NCBI GenBank assembly: GCA_963777865.1 | Contig: CAVZSG010000001.1 | Coordinates: forward strand, 194,064 to 258,063 | Length of the DNA: 64,000 nt | Source: an uncultured Chloroflexia bacterium | GTDB taxonomy: Bacteria > Chloroflexota > Chloroflexia > Thermomicrobiales > UBA6265 | Direction of reading: 5' to 3' | Shown here: positions 44,723-56,331 of the stretch, in pieces | How the letters are laid out: each line of letters starts with the position of its first letter | Numbering within the stretch: position 1 is the first letter of the stretch | The notes under the pieces: model-generated | Databases searched by the model: none | The model's input: only the letters and a program-made list of their open reading frames with translations | What the model was told of the DNA's origin: nothing | Position numbers and translations under genes: made by a program

Positions 44723-45913
44723 CTACACCTGCGCCAAAGCCTGATCCAGGTCTGCGATCAGATCCTCAGCCGCTTCCAGCCCGATCGAGATCCGCACCAT
44801 GTTCGGATCGACTCCCGCCTCCCGAACCTGCTCATCGGACAGCGAACCGCCCCACATTGCCGCCGCGTGAACCGCCAGCGTCTCGAATCCGCCCAGCGAA
44901 ACCGCCTGCTTCACCAATCGCAACGCCGCCATGAATCGCTGCGTGTCCTGGTAGCCGCCCCGCACCTGAAAACTGAAGGTGCCGCCATATCCGGACATCT
45001 GACTCGCCGCCACCGCATGATCCGGATGACTGGCAAGACCCGGGTAGTGCACCGCTTCGATCTTGCTGTGCCCTTCGAGATGCGTCGCCACCGTCATTCC
45101 CGATTCATTGTGTTGCCGAACCCGCAGCGGCAACGTCCGCAAGCCCCGCAGCAACAACCACGAATCGATCGGCCCCAGCGTCGGCCCGAACATGTTGGTG
45201 AACGACCAGATCTTCTGCGACCGCTCCTTCGACGTCACCACCACCCCGGCGATGAGATCGTGATGCCCACCCAGATACTTGGTCGCCGAGTGCACAACCA
45301 CATCGATGCCGTACTCGATCGGCCGCTGGTTGATCGGCGAGGCAAACGTGTTGTCGCAGATCGTGACGATGTCGTTCGCCTTTGCCAGTGCCGAAACCGC
45401 GCGCAGATCAGTCACCTGTCCCGTCGGATTCGATGGCGTCTCAATGAAGATCACCTTCGTTTCCGGTCGAATCGCCGCCGCAAACGCCTCCGGATCACCC
45501 TGATCCACGAGCGTCGACTGCACGCCGAACCGCGGCAGAATGTCGGTCACGAACTTCGACGCCGCCATGTAGTGGTTCTTCTGCCCGATGACGTGATCTC
45601 CGGCCGCAACATGGGCCAGGATCGAGCATGTGATCGCCCCCATCCCGGACGCGGTCGCAATCGCCGCCTCGCCGCCCTCGATCTTGGCCATGATCGCCTC
45701 GGTCCGCGCGTGCGTCGGATTGCCCGCCCGCGTGTAGTAATGCTCCGGTCGAGGATCGGTTGCCTGCCGCGCGAACTCTTCCGCAGTAGGAGCCGTGAAC
45801 GTCGATGTCTGGTGGATCGGTGGAGCGACATCCAGGGTTTCTTCAATCCCGTCGTCGCCATGGATTACGAGAGACTCGAACGAATAATCGTGTGACACAA
45901 CCCCTGCTTTCAC
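44723..45913 (-). CDS. Cys/Met-metabolism PLP-dependent enzyme (cystathionine gamma-synthase / methionine gamma-lyase family)
   Basis: 396 aa, HSATKYLGGHHDLIAGVV (PLP-Lys motif), YTRAGNPT. Confidence 0.85.
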   Translation of the reverse strand: MKAGVVSHDYSFESLVIHGDDGIEETLDVAPPIHQTSTFTAPTAEEFARQATDPRPEHYYTRAGNPTHARTEAIMAKIEGGEAAIATASGMGAITCSILAHVAAGDHVIGQKNHYMAASKFVTDILPRFGVQSTLVDQGDPEAFAAAIRPETKVIFIETPSNPTGQVTDLRAVSALAKANDIVTICDNTFASPINQRPIEYGIDVVVHSATKYLGGHHDLIAGVVVTSKERSQKIWSFTNMFGPTLGPIDSWLLLRGLRTLPLRVRQHNESGMTVATHLEGHSKIEAVHYPGLASHPDHAVAASQMSGYGGTFSFQVRGGYQDTQRFMAALRLVKQAVSLGGFETLAVHAAAMWGGSLSDEQVREAGVDPNMVRISIGLEAAEDLIADLDQALAQV

Positions 45914-46010
45914 TAGACAACGCGTCGCCGTTGACGCGCACTGAGTCTACTTGACCTCCCAATGCAATCAACGTACATTTGTTCTACGTTATCAGTTGAA
46001 GGGAGATCAG

Positions 46011-46400
46011 ATGCATTTCGGTTACACGATCGTTTACGTTCCGGATGTCGAGCAGGCAGTCGCATTCTATGAAACTGCGTTCGGATTCAGCCGACTCTTC
46101 GTGTCGGACGAAGGCAATTACGGTGAGCTCGATACAGGCGATACGACCCTCTCATTCGCTGCCAATTCAATGGCCGATGTACTTGGATTCACCATCACAC
46201 CGAACACACCCGAAGCTAACCCGGCCGGAATCGAATTGGCATTCGTCACTGACGACGTCCAGGCCGATTTCCAGCGCGCGACCTCGAACGGCTGCACACC
46301 GGTAACGGATCCGCACCTCACCTCCTGGGGCCAGACCGTCTCGTACGTCCGCGACCTGAACGGCGTGCTGATCGAAATCTGTTCGCCCGTCGGTGGATGA
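46011..46400 (+). CDS. VOC (glyoxalase/bleomycin-resistance) family protein
   Basis: MHFGYTIVYVPDVEQAVAFYETAFGF..., about 130 aa. Start taken at the internal Met. Confidence 0.75.
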   Translation: MHFGYTIVYVPDVEQAVAFYETAFGFSRLFVSDEGNYGELDTGDTTLSFAANSMADVLGFTITPNTPEANPAGIELAFVTDDVQADFQRATSNGCTPVTDPHLTSWGQTVSYVRDLNGVLIEICSPVGG

Positions 46401-46563
46401 TCGGGATCATTCCCTGCCTGAACGACCAGCCAAAATCCGGTTCGACCGCGCAGTGGGTTGGCCAATCCGCCGTATACTTCCGGGACGATAGAGCCGGGCA
46501 ATTGATCCCGGTCGACGAGCGGGCTGACCAGCCTGCGCTACGCAAGAGGAGTCCAGCCAGACA

Positions 46564-47992
46564 ATGGCGGAAGTTGCGGCACCAACCCACCAATTCGATC
46601 TCGTCTTGCTCGGTGGCGGCACCGGCGGCTACGTCGCGGCGATCCGCGCCAAGCAACTCGGCCTGAACGTCGCGGTCGTCGAGGAACTCATTCTCGGCGG
46701 TTGCTGCCTCCATCGCGGCTGCATCCCGACCAAGGCATTCCTGAAGTCGGCCGACATGTTCGACGACGTCAAGCGCGCCGCCGAATTCGGCGTCGACATC
46801 AAGGGCGATATCTCGTTCAACTACGACACCGCCTTGTCCCGCTCGCTGAAGATCGTCGAGGGCCAGTACAAGGGTCTGCACGTATCTCTTCGAGAAGAAG
46901 CACAAGATTCCGGTCTTCATGGGCCGCGGCGAGCTGCTCGAACAAGACCACCGTCGGCGTCACTCCGAATGACGGCAGCGCTCCGTTCTCGATCGGCGCC
47001 AACAAGATCATCATCAACACCGGATCCCGCCCGCGCCCGATCAAGGGCGTCCCGATACGATGGCAAAACGGTCATCAAGTCGGATCACGCCGTGACGCTT
47101 CCGGAGCAGCCGAAGAGCTTCATCGTCCGCGGCGGCGGCGCCACCGGCGTCGAGTGGGCCACGGTCTACCACCGCTACGGCATCCCGACCACGCTGGTCG
47201 GCAATCTCGTTCCGCTGGAAGACCACGAGATTCAGGCCGCTCTGCATCGCAATCTCACCCGCCAGCAGAAGATGGACATCATCCAGGGCGCTCGCCCGAC
47301 CGCCGACGACATCGACGTCACCAAGGATGGCGTCACGATGCGGGTCAAGGATGAGAAGGGCAAGGATCGCGTCCTTCAGGCCGAGCAGCTGCTGGTCGCC
47401 ATCGGCCGCGAAGCTGCGTTCGAGGACATCGGCCTCGAGGAAGTCGGGATCGTCGTCGAGAACGATTTCATCCAGGTCGACGACATGCTGCAGACCAATA
47501 TCGAGCGCATCTACGCCATCGGCGATGTCAACGGCCAGCAGCTGCTGGCCCACACCGCCATGCACCACGGCATCATCGCCGTCGAGCACATCATGGGGCT
47601 CAATCCCGTTCCCGCTCGATGAGCTGAATTCGCCGTCCTGCACCTACTGCGAGCCGGAGATCGGCTCGGTCGGGTTCACGGAGAATGGCGCCAAGGATGC
47701 CGGCTACAACGTCAAGATCGGCAAGTTCCCGATGAAGCCGAACGCCAAGGCCAACATCGAGGGTCATACGGATGGCTTCGCCAAGATCGTCGCCGATGCC
47801 GACACCAACGATCTGCTCGGTGTGCACATCATCGGTCCGCATGCGACCGAGATGATCGCCGAGGGCGGCGTCGCTCGGTTGCTGGAGAGCACGCCGTACG
47901 AGCTCGCCATCTCGGTCCATCCGCATCCGACCATTTCCGAAGTCATCGGCGAGGCCGCGCACGATCTGCTCGGTCACGCGATTCACATCTAG
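46564..47992 (+). CDS. lpdA: dihydrolipoyl dehydrogenase; at least two apparent frameshifts
   Basis: FDLVLLGGGTGGYVAAIRA, redox-active GGCCLHRGCIPTK, C-terminal HAHPTISE-type motif (VHPHPTISEVIGEAA) in ORF 47327..47992. Confidence 0.85.
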
Positions 47993-48019
47993 TTCGATTC
48001 ACCGGAGGGCTGGCCGACC

Positions 48020-48643
48020 ATGATTGCGCGCACTGAAATCACATCGATCGATCAGTTGCGCGAAATCTACGACCAGCCCAAACCCGCCCCCGCCCATAAG
48101 GTCATCGACCACATTGATGAGCACGTCGCCTCGTTCATCGCAGGCTCTCCGTTCGTTCTGATGTCCACGGTTTCGGCTGACGGGCGCATGGATGTCTCAC
48201 CCAAAGGCGAAACCCCCGGCTTCATCAAGATTCTCGATAGCAAGACCCTGATCTTTCCCGATCGCCCCGGCAACAACCGGATCGACGGACTGCAGAACAT
48301 CGTCGAAACCGGCCGTATCGGATTGATCTTCCTGGTACCCGGCGTCCGCGAAACCCTGCGCATCAATGGCTCGGCAATCGTCTCAATCGATCCCGACCTG
48401 ATGAGCAAGCTCGAAATCGACGGCAAGCAACCCCGGACGGTCACGGTCATCACGGTCGAGGAAGTCTTCATGCACTGCTCGCGCGCCGTGATCCGCTCCA
48501 ATCTCTGGGATCCGGCCGCACAGGTCGAGCGATCCCAACTCCCGAGCATGGGCACCATCCTCGCCGCCCACACCAACGGAATCGTCGATCAGTGCGACTA
48601 CGACGAAAACCTGCCAACCCGAGTCAAAGAAAACCTGTACTAG
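48020..48643 (+). CDS. pyridoxamine 5'-phosphate oxidase-like FMN-binding protein (PPOX class)
   Basis: Intact 207-aa ORF with GLIFLVPGVRETLRINGSA, typical of this family. Confidence 0.7.
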   Translation: MIARTEITSIDQLREIYDQPKPAPAHKVIDHIDEHVASFIAGSPFVLMSTVSADGRMDVSPKGETPGFIKILDSKTLIFPDRPGNNRIDGLQNIVETGRIGLIFLVPGVRETLRINGSAIVSIDPDLMSKLEIDGKQPRTVTVITVEEVFMHCSRAVIRSNLWDPAAQVERSQLPSMGTILAAHTNGIVDQCDYDENLPTRVKENLY

Positions 48644-48662
48644 GTCGGGAGACTGGCAGGCT

Positions 48663-48734
48663 CCCTTCTCCACCGGTCAACCATCTCCAAACAAAATCAA
48701 CTACGCCGGTGGAGAAGGGCGGGGGGATGAGGTC
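48663..48734. repeat. palindromic intergenic element, copy B
   Basis: CCCTTCTCCACCGG - 29 nt - CCGGTGGAGAAGGG, followed by CGGGGGGATGAGGTC. Lies between convergent genes. Confidence 0.7.
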
Positions 48735-48762
48735 GTAGATCCAGCAATTTCCCGAATAGCTC

Positions 48763-50898
48763 TCAGTTCGCCTCGGGAATCTGGATCGCGGTCAGCTCTT
48801 TCCCGCGCGGAATCATCCCCAGCTCCTGTCCAAGCACATTCGACAACCACACGGCGTAGTTCTCGGCGGTGTGGAAATTGTCCCGATGCGTCGTCAACCC
48901 ACCGATCACCGCCGGACACGTCGTGTCGGTGCAGAACCACGGAATCGTGTCGACGAATTCGGCCCCGTTTGCCTCGGCCGTCTGCTGCTCGACCAGGTTC
49001 ATCTCGACCGGAACTGCCTCATCCCGCGGCGTATTGCAGGCACCCACGTTGTCCGGATTTGCCGAAAGACAGTCGATTCCAGGTTCGGCCGGGTAAGCCA
49101 TGTCTCCCAGCACCACAACACGATCTGCGACCGGCGTAACGCGCTGGATCACAGATGCGAGCCCATCGGCCCAGACCTGATCCATGTTCTCACCACTGGG
49201 TTCGCCATCGACCCAGGCCTCGACATCCTTCGACGAACTGGAGAGAACAACCAGATCCGGCGTGAGCTGCTCAATCTGCGCCAAGTGCCCATTCCCGGTA
49301 CTCCGCACACTCGGTGTACTCGCGTTGCATGGTTGGCGAGTACCGCGGGAAATCCGGAACCTGACAGCCTGGTTTGGTCAACTGCACCACCTGCCAGTGC
49401 TGCTCCCGACCAATCACATCCAGCGCCGGCACCCACATCGCCGCATGCGAATCGCCAAAGATCACCATCACCCGACTCGCCTCAGGATCACCATGAACGC
49501 ACATGCTCGAAGTTGTTGCCGCCCGACTGACGTCACAGTCCTTGCTGTACGCGGGATTGGCAATCCGCCCCGGCTGATCCGGCCACTCCTGAACCTCAGC
49601 GCCCTCAGCAACCGCGCGAAGCACCTGACTCTCGGTCGGCAAATACATCGTGCCAGTCATCGCCACGTCGGTCGTCGATTCTGCACTCCGCCCTGACAAC
49701 GCGACCGTGGCAACCACCAGCACTAACGCGGTCAGAGCAACCCCTAGACCAATGCTGACCTCCGGCCGCCGTGCCTTGAGAGTCTCTGAGTCCCGAACCG
49801 GCTGTTCGACCAACCGATACGTGAGCACCGAAAGCCCAACCGCCAACACGCAGAGCATCAGGTTCTCGACCGTGGTCAAATCCCGACCTGCCCAGGCGGC
49901 ACCCAGAATCAGTACCGGCCAATGCCAGAGGTAAAGCGAGTAGGAGAGCTTCCCGGCCCACAAGAACGGACGCAACGTGATCAGCCGCTCCGCTCCAACT
50001 CCCGCAGCAACCGTTCCACCCGCAATCACCAGACATGTTCCGAGTACCGGTACGGCGGCTAGGTAACCCGGAAACACGGTTGCCTCATTGAATGCAAACG
50101 CCGCGAGCCCAACAATCCCCAATCCAATCCAGCTCAGCCAGGGCGCGGACCACTTCGGAAGTCGACCGATCTGCGGCAGTCCGATCGCCAGCAACCCACC
50201 CAGGCCCAAGTTCCCAGGCACGCGTAAACGGTGAGAAATAGGCCGACGTGCCGTTCAGCGGCGTCTGGTGCACAGACCAGGCCAGCGACCCGACCACGAC
50301 TGCCCCAAGCGCAATGCAACTCGCCCGCCGGAATGAATCCCGCGTACTGCAATACGCGACCGCAATCAATAGCAGCGGCCACACGACATAAAACTGCTCC
50401 TCGACCGCCAGCGACCAGAAATGCTGCACCGGGGAAGGCGGCAGCGTCGAGTTCATGTAATCCGTGCCCTGCACGGATGAACCGGAAGTTGCTCAGGAAA
50501 AGCGCCGTCCACTTGGCGTCAGTCGCGATCCGTTCCGACCGCGCACCGCCGATCAGGAAATGCGACGCAACCACCGTCGAGATCAGCACCAGCGCCCCGG
50601 CCGGCAACAATCTCCGCGCGCGCCGGGCGTAAAACCGCTTGAGCGAGATCGTCCCGGATTGCTCGACTTCGCGCACCAGGATTCCGGTAATCAGGAATCC
50701 CGACAGCACAAAAAAGACATCGACGCCGATATAGCCGCCACTCAACGCGGCAACTCCGGCGTGATTCAGCATCACCATCACAACCGCGATGGCCCGCAAT
50801 CCTTCTATGTCTGGGCGAAACGAACGAGCATTGTTCGGTGTCTTGACCGGCGGTGGTGGAAGACGTTTCGCTGCTTTTCGGGCAGCAGTCAAAGGCAA
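48763..50898 (-). CDS. acyltransferase-3 family membrane protein with C-terminal SGNH domain (OafA/YrhL-like O-acyltransferase); about three apparent frameshifts
   Basis: FRPDIEGLRAIAVVMVMLNHAG...GGYIGVDVFFVLSGFLITG (ORF 50134..50898). TM body in ORFs 50085..50474 and 49271..50221. SGNH-like tail in ORF 48763..49308. Confidence 0.8.
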
Positions 50899-51055
50899 AC
50901 TCCGCTAGTCAGGGTCCAGTGCCAGCAAATCCAGCCATGGGAACTGAACAACCCTGATCCTAATAATACTGACATTCGCGGTCAGGCAAGGTCGCGACCC
51001 AGACAACAATCGATTCTGGTCTGGGTAGCGGTCGCAACTCCGATCAACTTCAGTC

Positions 51056-52164
51056 ATGTCAGAATCGCGCGGATTTGCTTTTGCCCAGGGAGCCAACGTG
51101 TCTGCCAAGTCGTCGATTGAATCTCCGCTCTTCTCCACAAACGCCACCCCGGAAGCCACCCGTGAGGTCGGACTCACCTTTTCCAGCGACTCCGATCCCG
51201 GCATCTATCGCAAGCGCACCGGAACAGGATTTCGCTACGTCGATTCAAAGGTGAGAAAGTCACCGACGAAAGGACCCTCGACCGCATCAAGGCACTCGTA
51301 ATCCCGCCCGCCTGGGAAGAGGTCTGGATTTGCGCCAAGGCAAGTGGACACATCCAGGTCACCGGCCGCGATCAAAAAGGGCGCAAGCAGTACCGCTATC
51401 ACACCAAATGGCGTACCCACCGCGAGGACGGCAAGTTCGGTCGGCTCGCTGAATTCGGAGCCGCGCTACCCAAAATCCGCGAGCAAGTTGAAATCGATCT
51501 CCACCGTCACAACTTGCCTCGCGAGAAAGTTCTCGCCGCCGTCATCGCCCTCCTCGAGCGAACCCACATCCGCGTCGGCAATGACGAATACGCCCGCACC
51601 AACAAGTCGTTCGGCCTAACCACCCTGCGCGACCGCCATGTCTCCATCGGCAGCGCATCGGTCAAGTTCCGGTTCAAGGGCAAATCCGGCAAGGAACACG
51701 ACGTCACCCTGCAGGATCGCCGCCTCGCAAAGGTCATCAAGCGCTGCCAGGATCTACCGGGCCAGCGCCTCTTCGTCTACGAGGAGGACGGAAACATCCA
51801 TCAGGTTGGGTCGTCCGACGTCAACGCCTACCTGCGCGAAATCACCGGAGCCGATTACTCTGCCAAGGACTTCCGAACCTGGTCCGGAACCGTCATCGCC
51901 GCCAGCGTCCTTCGCCATTTCCCCGTGCCAGAATCGGAATCCGTCGCCAAACGGGACATGGTTGCCGCGGCCGACGCCGTCTCTGAGCAGCTGGGAAACA
52001 CTCGTACGGTGGCCCGCGCCTCGTACATCCACCCCGCCATCTTCGCTGCTTATCAGGACGGCTCGCTCCAGAAACTCGACCCCGACAAACTGCCGGACGT
52101 CGATCCCGGTGGATTGGACGCAGACGAACGAATCGCCTTGGCGGTGCTCAGGAAGAAACGCTAG
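51056..52164 (+). CDS. DNA topoisomerase IB (poxvirus-type bacterial enzyme); about two apparent frameshifts
   Basis: GIYRKRTGTGFRYVD, IPPAWEEVWI (by hand in a second frame), RVGNDEYARTNKSFGLTTLR, SAKDFRTW, ARASYIHP. Confidence 0.8.
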
Positions 52165-53386
52165 TCGACTTTGGCATCGTTTCGTCCAGGCGCTTCCAGA
52201 CCGGATTGACCGCCAGAATCAGTGTGACCAACTGGGCTCCGCTTGCGAACACAATTACGGTAGTGGTCAGCCCCCACTGCTCGATCATCAAACCAGCAAG
52301 GGGAATGCTGATCGGTGGGAAGAGCTGGGCAATCGCCGATGTCGATGCGAAAACCCGCCCTCGAAGCTCGACCGGTATCCGCTCGAGTCGAACCGTCACC
52401 AGCAATGGATTGACCGGTCCGTCAAACAACCCGCCGATGACCATGATCCCCAGTACCACCGCAAATGGCAGCGACGTTGCCAGTGGCCAGTACGGCACGG
52501 TGATCGTCAGCAGGAAGAGCACGGTGATTGTCTGCCGCGAGAACCGGAACCCGACCCAACCGTAGAACGTCGTGCCAACGATCATCCCGATCGAAAACGC
52601 CGAGAGCATGAACCCGAGATAACGCGGATCGTCAAACCGCTCCTTGGCATAAACCGCAAACATCAAAGAGAAGAACGGCGCCCCAAAGAGATTTGTAAAG
52701 CTCAGTGCCACCGAAATCGCCCGGATAACTGGATCCTTCCAGAGGAACGTCAGCCCATCTTTCAGATCCCGGACATATCCCTGGGAAACTGCAGCAATCC
52801 GGGTGTGCAAGTCCCTGGGAATGGCGAAAAGGAGAATGAGTGCAGAGAAGAGAGAGGTCCCCGCGTCGATCCACAACACATTGCTCGCACCAAGCAAGCC
52901 GATCAGGATCCCCGCAATCGGCGGACCGATAAACATCGATATCGTGTTGTTGCCTTCGAGAATCGAATTGACCCGCTCCAGCCGAATGTGACCCATTTCT
53001 GCCAACTCTGGCAGCATCGAACGACGGGCGGTCACTCCCGGAATGTCCAGCATCGAGCTGATCAGAATCAAGAGCAGAAGTTGCCAGAACTCCAGTCCGA
53101 CCGTGTGATAGAGCACAGGAACCATAAGTATCGAGCAACCACTAACCAGGTCAGCCGCGATCGCACTGTTCCGCGCACCAACCCGGTCGATAACAGCGCC
53201 ACCGAAGATACCGGCCAGGAAGCTCGGCAGGAAGGCAACCGCGCCACTCAGGCCCGCCTTCCCGGCGCTTCCCGTCGTCTCCAGCACAAACCACGGAATC
53301 GCAACAACGGTGATTGATGACCCGATCAGCGAAACGCAGTTCGCAACCAGGAGTGCATAGATTGGTCGGCGCCGAGGTTGACTCAT
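52148..53386 (-). CDS. MFS transporter (412-aa portion of the 751-aa ORF 52148..54403)
   Basis: Starts at MSQPRRRPIYALLVANCVSLIGSSI.... About 12 TM segments and a D-R-x-G-R-like loop (VIDRVGARN). Confidence 0.8.
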   Translation of the reverse strand: MSQPRRRPIYALLVANCVSLIGSSITVVAIPWFVLETTGSAGKAGLSGAVAFLPSFLAGIFGGAVIDRVGARNSAIAADLVSGCSILMVPVLYHTVGLEFWQLLLLILISSMLDIPGVTARRSMLPELAEMGHIRLERVNSILEGNNTISMFIGPPIAGILIGLLGASNVLWIDAGTSLFSALILLFAIPRDLHTRIAAVSQGYVRDLKDGLTFLWKDPVIRAISVALSFTNLFGAPFFSLMFAVYAKERFDDPRYLGFMLSAFSIGMIVGTTFYGWVGFRFSRQTITVLFLLTITVPYWPLATSLPFAVVLGIMVIGGLFDGPVNPLLVTVRLERIPVELRGRVFASTSAIAQLFPPISIPLAGLMIEQWGLTTTVIVFASGAQLVTLILAVNPVWKRLDETMPKSTSVSS

Positions 53387-54403
53387 CTCCCCTCGCAGGA
53401 TTCCCATCAATCGCTCCGCATGCACGAACAACGATGGGTTACCGCCGGTGTGCACAAACACCACAGTTTGGTCCGGTCGAATTTCACCCGTCGCAATGTG
53501 ATCGAGCAAACCGGACATACCCTTGCCCGTGTAAACCGGATCAAGGAACACCGCTTCAGTCCGCGCCAGCAGTGGAATCGCAGCGTCGGCCGCACTGGTC
53601 GGAATGGCATATCCCTCCCCGACATATCCCACCAGATTGTTCATGTCCTCCGCAGCCAATCGCACATCACTGCCGACCAACTCAGATGCTTCGTTAGCAA
53701 TTTCAACAGATCTCGCCGTCCGCTCCGGTGTGTGCCCGCTCACCACAACGCCGCGCACCTCATACGGCATATCGAGTAGCTTTGCCCCCAGTGCGATACC
53801 CGCTTGCGTCCCCCGCGAACCGTTCGAGAAATAGAGGTACTCTGGAGCGGCTTTCAGCTCCGCAAGTTGCGCCATCAGCTCGATCGTCATGGTCAGGTAT
53901 CCCGCCGCCCCGATCGCATTCGACCCACCGACCGGAATCACATACGGCACGCCGCCCCGAGCCGTAACGTCTGCGGCGGCGGCCTCCATTCCCGGAGTCA
54001 ACTGTCCGCCCATCGGCACCAGACGTACCTCGGCATTGAGCAGGTGGTCCAGCAGCAGGTTCCCCTGCGGCGCCTGATCGGGGTAGTCAGTCTCCAGCAC
54101 CAGAATCGATTCGAGTCCGACCATCACCGCCGCCGCCGCAGTCGCCCGGGCATGGTTCGATTGCGCCGCACCGGCTGTGATCAGTGTCGTAGCACCCTTG
54201 GCCAAAGCATCGGCGACCAGAAACTCGAGCTTGCGCACCTTGTTCCCACCAAACGCCAGACCGGTCAGGTCGTCACGCTTGATCAGAATCCTTGGTGCCT
54301 TCGCCGGTCCACCCAGCTCCGCTCGCAACCTGGTCGCATCCTGCAATGGGGTAGGGAGATTGGCAAGGGAAACACGTGCCAACCGGTTCAGATCGAATGT
54401 CAC
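53387..54403 (-). CDS. D-cysteine desulfhydrase / ACC deaminase family PLP enzyme (339-aa portion, read in frame into the MFS gene)
   Basis: PTPLQDATRL..., KRDDLTGLAFGGNKVRKLEFL (PLP-Lys), VFVHTGGNPSLF close to the expected C-terminus. No stop before the MFS Met. Confidence 0.8.
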
Positions 54404-54406
54404 TGG

Positions 54407-54856
54407 TCAAACCTCCTGACCGCTTGGAGGCGGAAATCCGAATATCTGCCGGGTCAACTGGATATGTCCAAGATGAACCGCGGTGTGTTCAACCGCGTGC
54501 AAGACCCCATCCCGGCGAGACAGCGGCAACGGGCCGGTCCAATTCGACATGCCCGCGCCTTCAATTGATCCAGGCAGGTCGAGCTCGTCGGCATCAAGCG
54601 CGGCCAGATGCTCCTCAACCTGTCTGATCAGCAACTCGAGATCCGACCGCACGTGGTCACCGGTTCCCGTCGCCGTGAACTCCGCCGGCCGATTGCGATG
54701 AAAATCAGTCCCACCGGTGTTCGTGATCACCCACCATCTCGCCGATCCAGCCACGTGGACGCCCAGCTGATAGATGGTGTTGGCAGGAGCAAATGGCAAC
54801 TCGCGATTGAGCGCCTCATCGTCCAGACCATCGAGTTCAATCAGAATCAATCGCAA
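54407..54856 (-). CDS. DinB superfamily protein
   Basis: 149 aa, four-helix-bundle-type sequence with a His triad context (HVAGSARWW, HAVEHTAVHLGH). Confidence 0.65.
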   Translation of the reverse strand: MRLILIELDGLDDEALNRELPFAPANTIYQLGVHVAGSARWWVITNTGGTDFHRNRPAEFTATGTGDHVRSDLELLIRQVEEHLAALDADELDLPGSIEGAGMSNWTGPLPLSRRDGVLHAVEHTAVHLGHIQLTRQIFGFPPPSGQEV

Positions 54857-54921
54857 TCTGCCGGGTTAACGATGTCGCCAGTTCATGCCCTTCGTGTTCC
54901 ATAGTCATACACCATTCGCTA

Positions 54922-55674
54922 TTGACAGATATGTCATTGGATACTACCGTGTTTCGCATGGATGACCACGAATCACGACAGAAAATCGCCGCTACCGCCA
55001 ACGCCCTTGGGGACGATACCCGATTGCGCCTGCTCATGACGCTCCTCTCATCCGGCTCTACTGGATTGACCGTCACCGACCTCGCCGAGCAGCTGAACCT
55101 CGCCCAACCGCGCATCTCCACCCACCTCGCCATCCTCAAGGAATCTGGCCTGGTCGAGGGGCGCAGTTCAGGCCGTACCCGCGTCTACCGAGCCGATTCC
55201 ATCAAGACACTTCCGTTGCTGGATGCCGTCAAGCGCGCCGCCGGAGTCGAAGTCACCCCGCCACCCAGTCCCGCCGCCAAACGCGAGATCAATCGAAACA
55301 GCCCGTATCGCAACGCCCGAACCTGCTACGACCATCTCGCCGGTTTCGTAGCGGTTGATTTGCTCGATCAGTTTGTCTTCGATCGTTGGCTAGTCCGCAG
55401 CGGCGGGCCCGACGAACGCCCCCTCTACGAACCGACCGAAGCCGGAACGAAAGCATTTGCCAAACTCAATGTCGACCTGGACGGGATTAAGACCGGCCGA
55501 CGCGTGCTCGCCTGCGGTTGCCTGGACTGGACTGAGCGGCGTCCACATCTCGCCGGCGGTCTCGGCGCGGCCGTCTTGACATCGCTTGAGCAAATGGGTT
55601 TCGTCCGTCGACCGGAGAACGGCCGCCAACTCGAGGTGATCCGCCCGATTGATGAGTGGCTAGCCGGAGCCTGA
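54922..55674 (+). CDS. ArsR/SmtB-family winged-helix transcriptional regulator with an extra C-terminal domain
   Basis: LGDDTRLRLLMTLL...LTVTDLAEQLNLAQPRISTHLAILKESGLV. C-terminal ~130 aa carry an RTCYDHLAG motif. Confidence 0.8.
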   Translation: MTDMSLDTTVFRMDDHESRQKIAATANALGDDTRLRLLMTLLSSGSTGLTVTDLAEQLNLAQPRISTHLAILKESGLVEGRSSGRTRVYRADSIKTLPLLDAVKRAAGVEVTPPPSPAAKREINRNSPYRNARTCYDHLAGFVAVDLLDQFVFDRWLVRSGGPDERPLYEPTEAGTKAFAKLNVDLDGIKTGRRVLACGCLDWTERRPHLAGGLGAAVLTSLEQMGFVRRPENGRQLEVIRPIDEWLAGA

Positions 55675-56318
55675 TTCCGGGTTCGTTGGCCAGGTCTGAC
55701 ACAGGCCAGAAGTCCGCAGCCCACACGGTGGCGCCTGCCGCTTGATTGGCACGCCGCACTCCTGCATCAGTCGACCGACAGCGCAGAGCGGAAAACCAAC
55801 TACGTTCTGGAAACATCCGCTGACCGATTCGACGATGTCCCCACCAGCACCCTGAATTCCGTACGAACCAGCCTTGTCGTGCCAGATCCCGCTCTCCAGG
55901 TATCGCTCGATCTCACCCTCGCTCAAGTCCCGGAAATGAACCGCCGTCTCGACACTGCCTGACACAACGTCATCCCGAGCAGGCGACTTCACCGCGATAC
56001 CGGTGTGACACGAGATGGGATCTGCCGTTCAATGCCATCAGCATTTCCCTGGCATGCGCTCGATCATCCGGCTTGTTCAGGACCACCCCATCCAGAACCA
56101 CGATCGTGTCAGCCGCAACCACAATCGCATCTGGCCGCATCTGCGAACCCGCAAGTGCTTTCCGCCTCGCCAGATCCTCGGCTATCGCGCGCGGTTCCCA
56201 CGTCGGATCAAACGACTCGTCAGTGAATCAGTTGCCAGGAACTCGAAATCGTCGACCAGGTAGCGAATGAGCTCCCTGCGCCTCGGCGAAGCAGACGCGA
56301 GAACAACTGGCCAATCAT
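55660..56318 (-). CDS. maf: Maf-like nucleoside triphosphate pyrophosphatase; at least two apparent frameshifts and an uncertain start
   Basis: [14 protein letters not shown] (ORF 56182..56445). [30 protein letters not shown] (ORF 55660..55992). The middle part is recovered in a third frame. Confidence 0.75.
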
Positions 56319-56331
56319 CACGAATCAGGGA

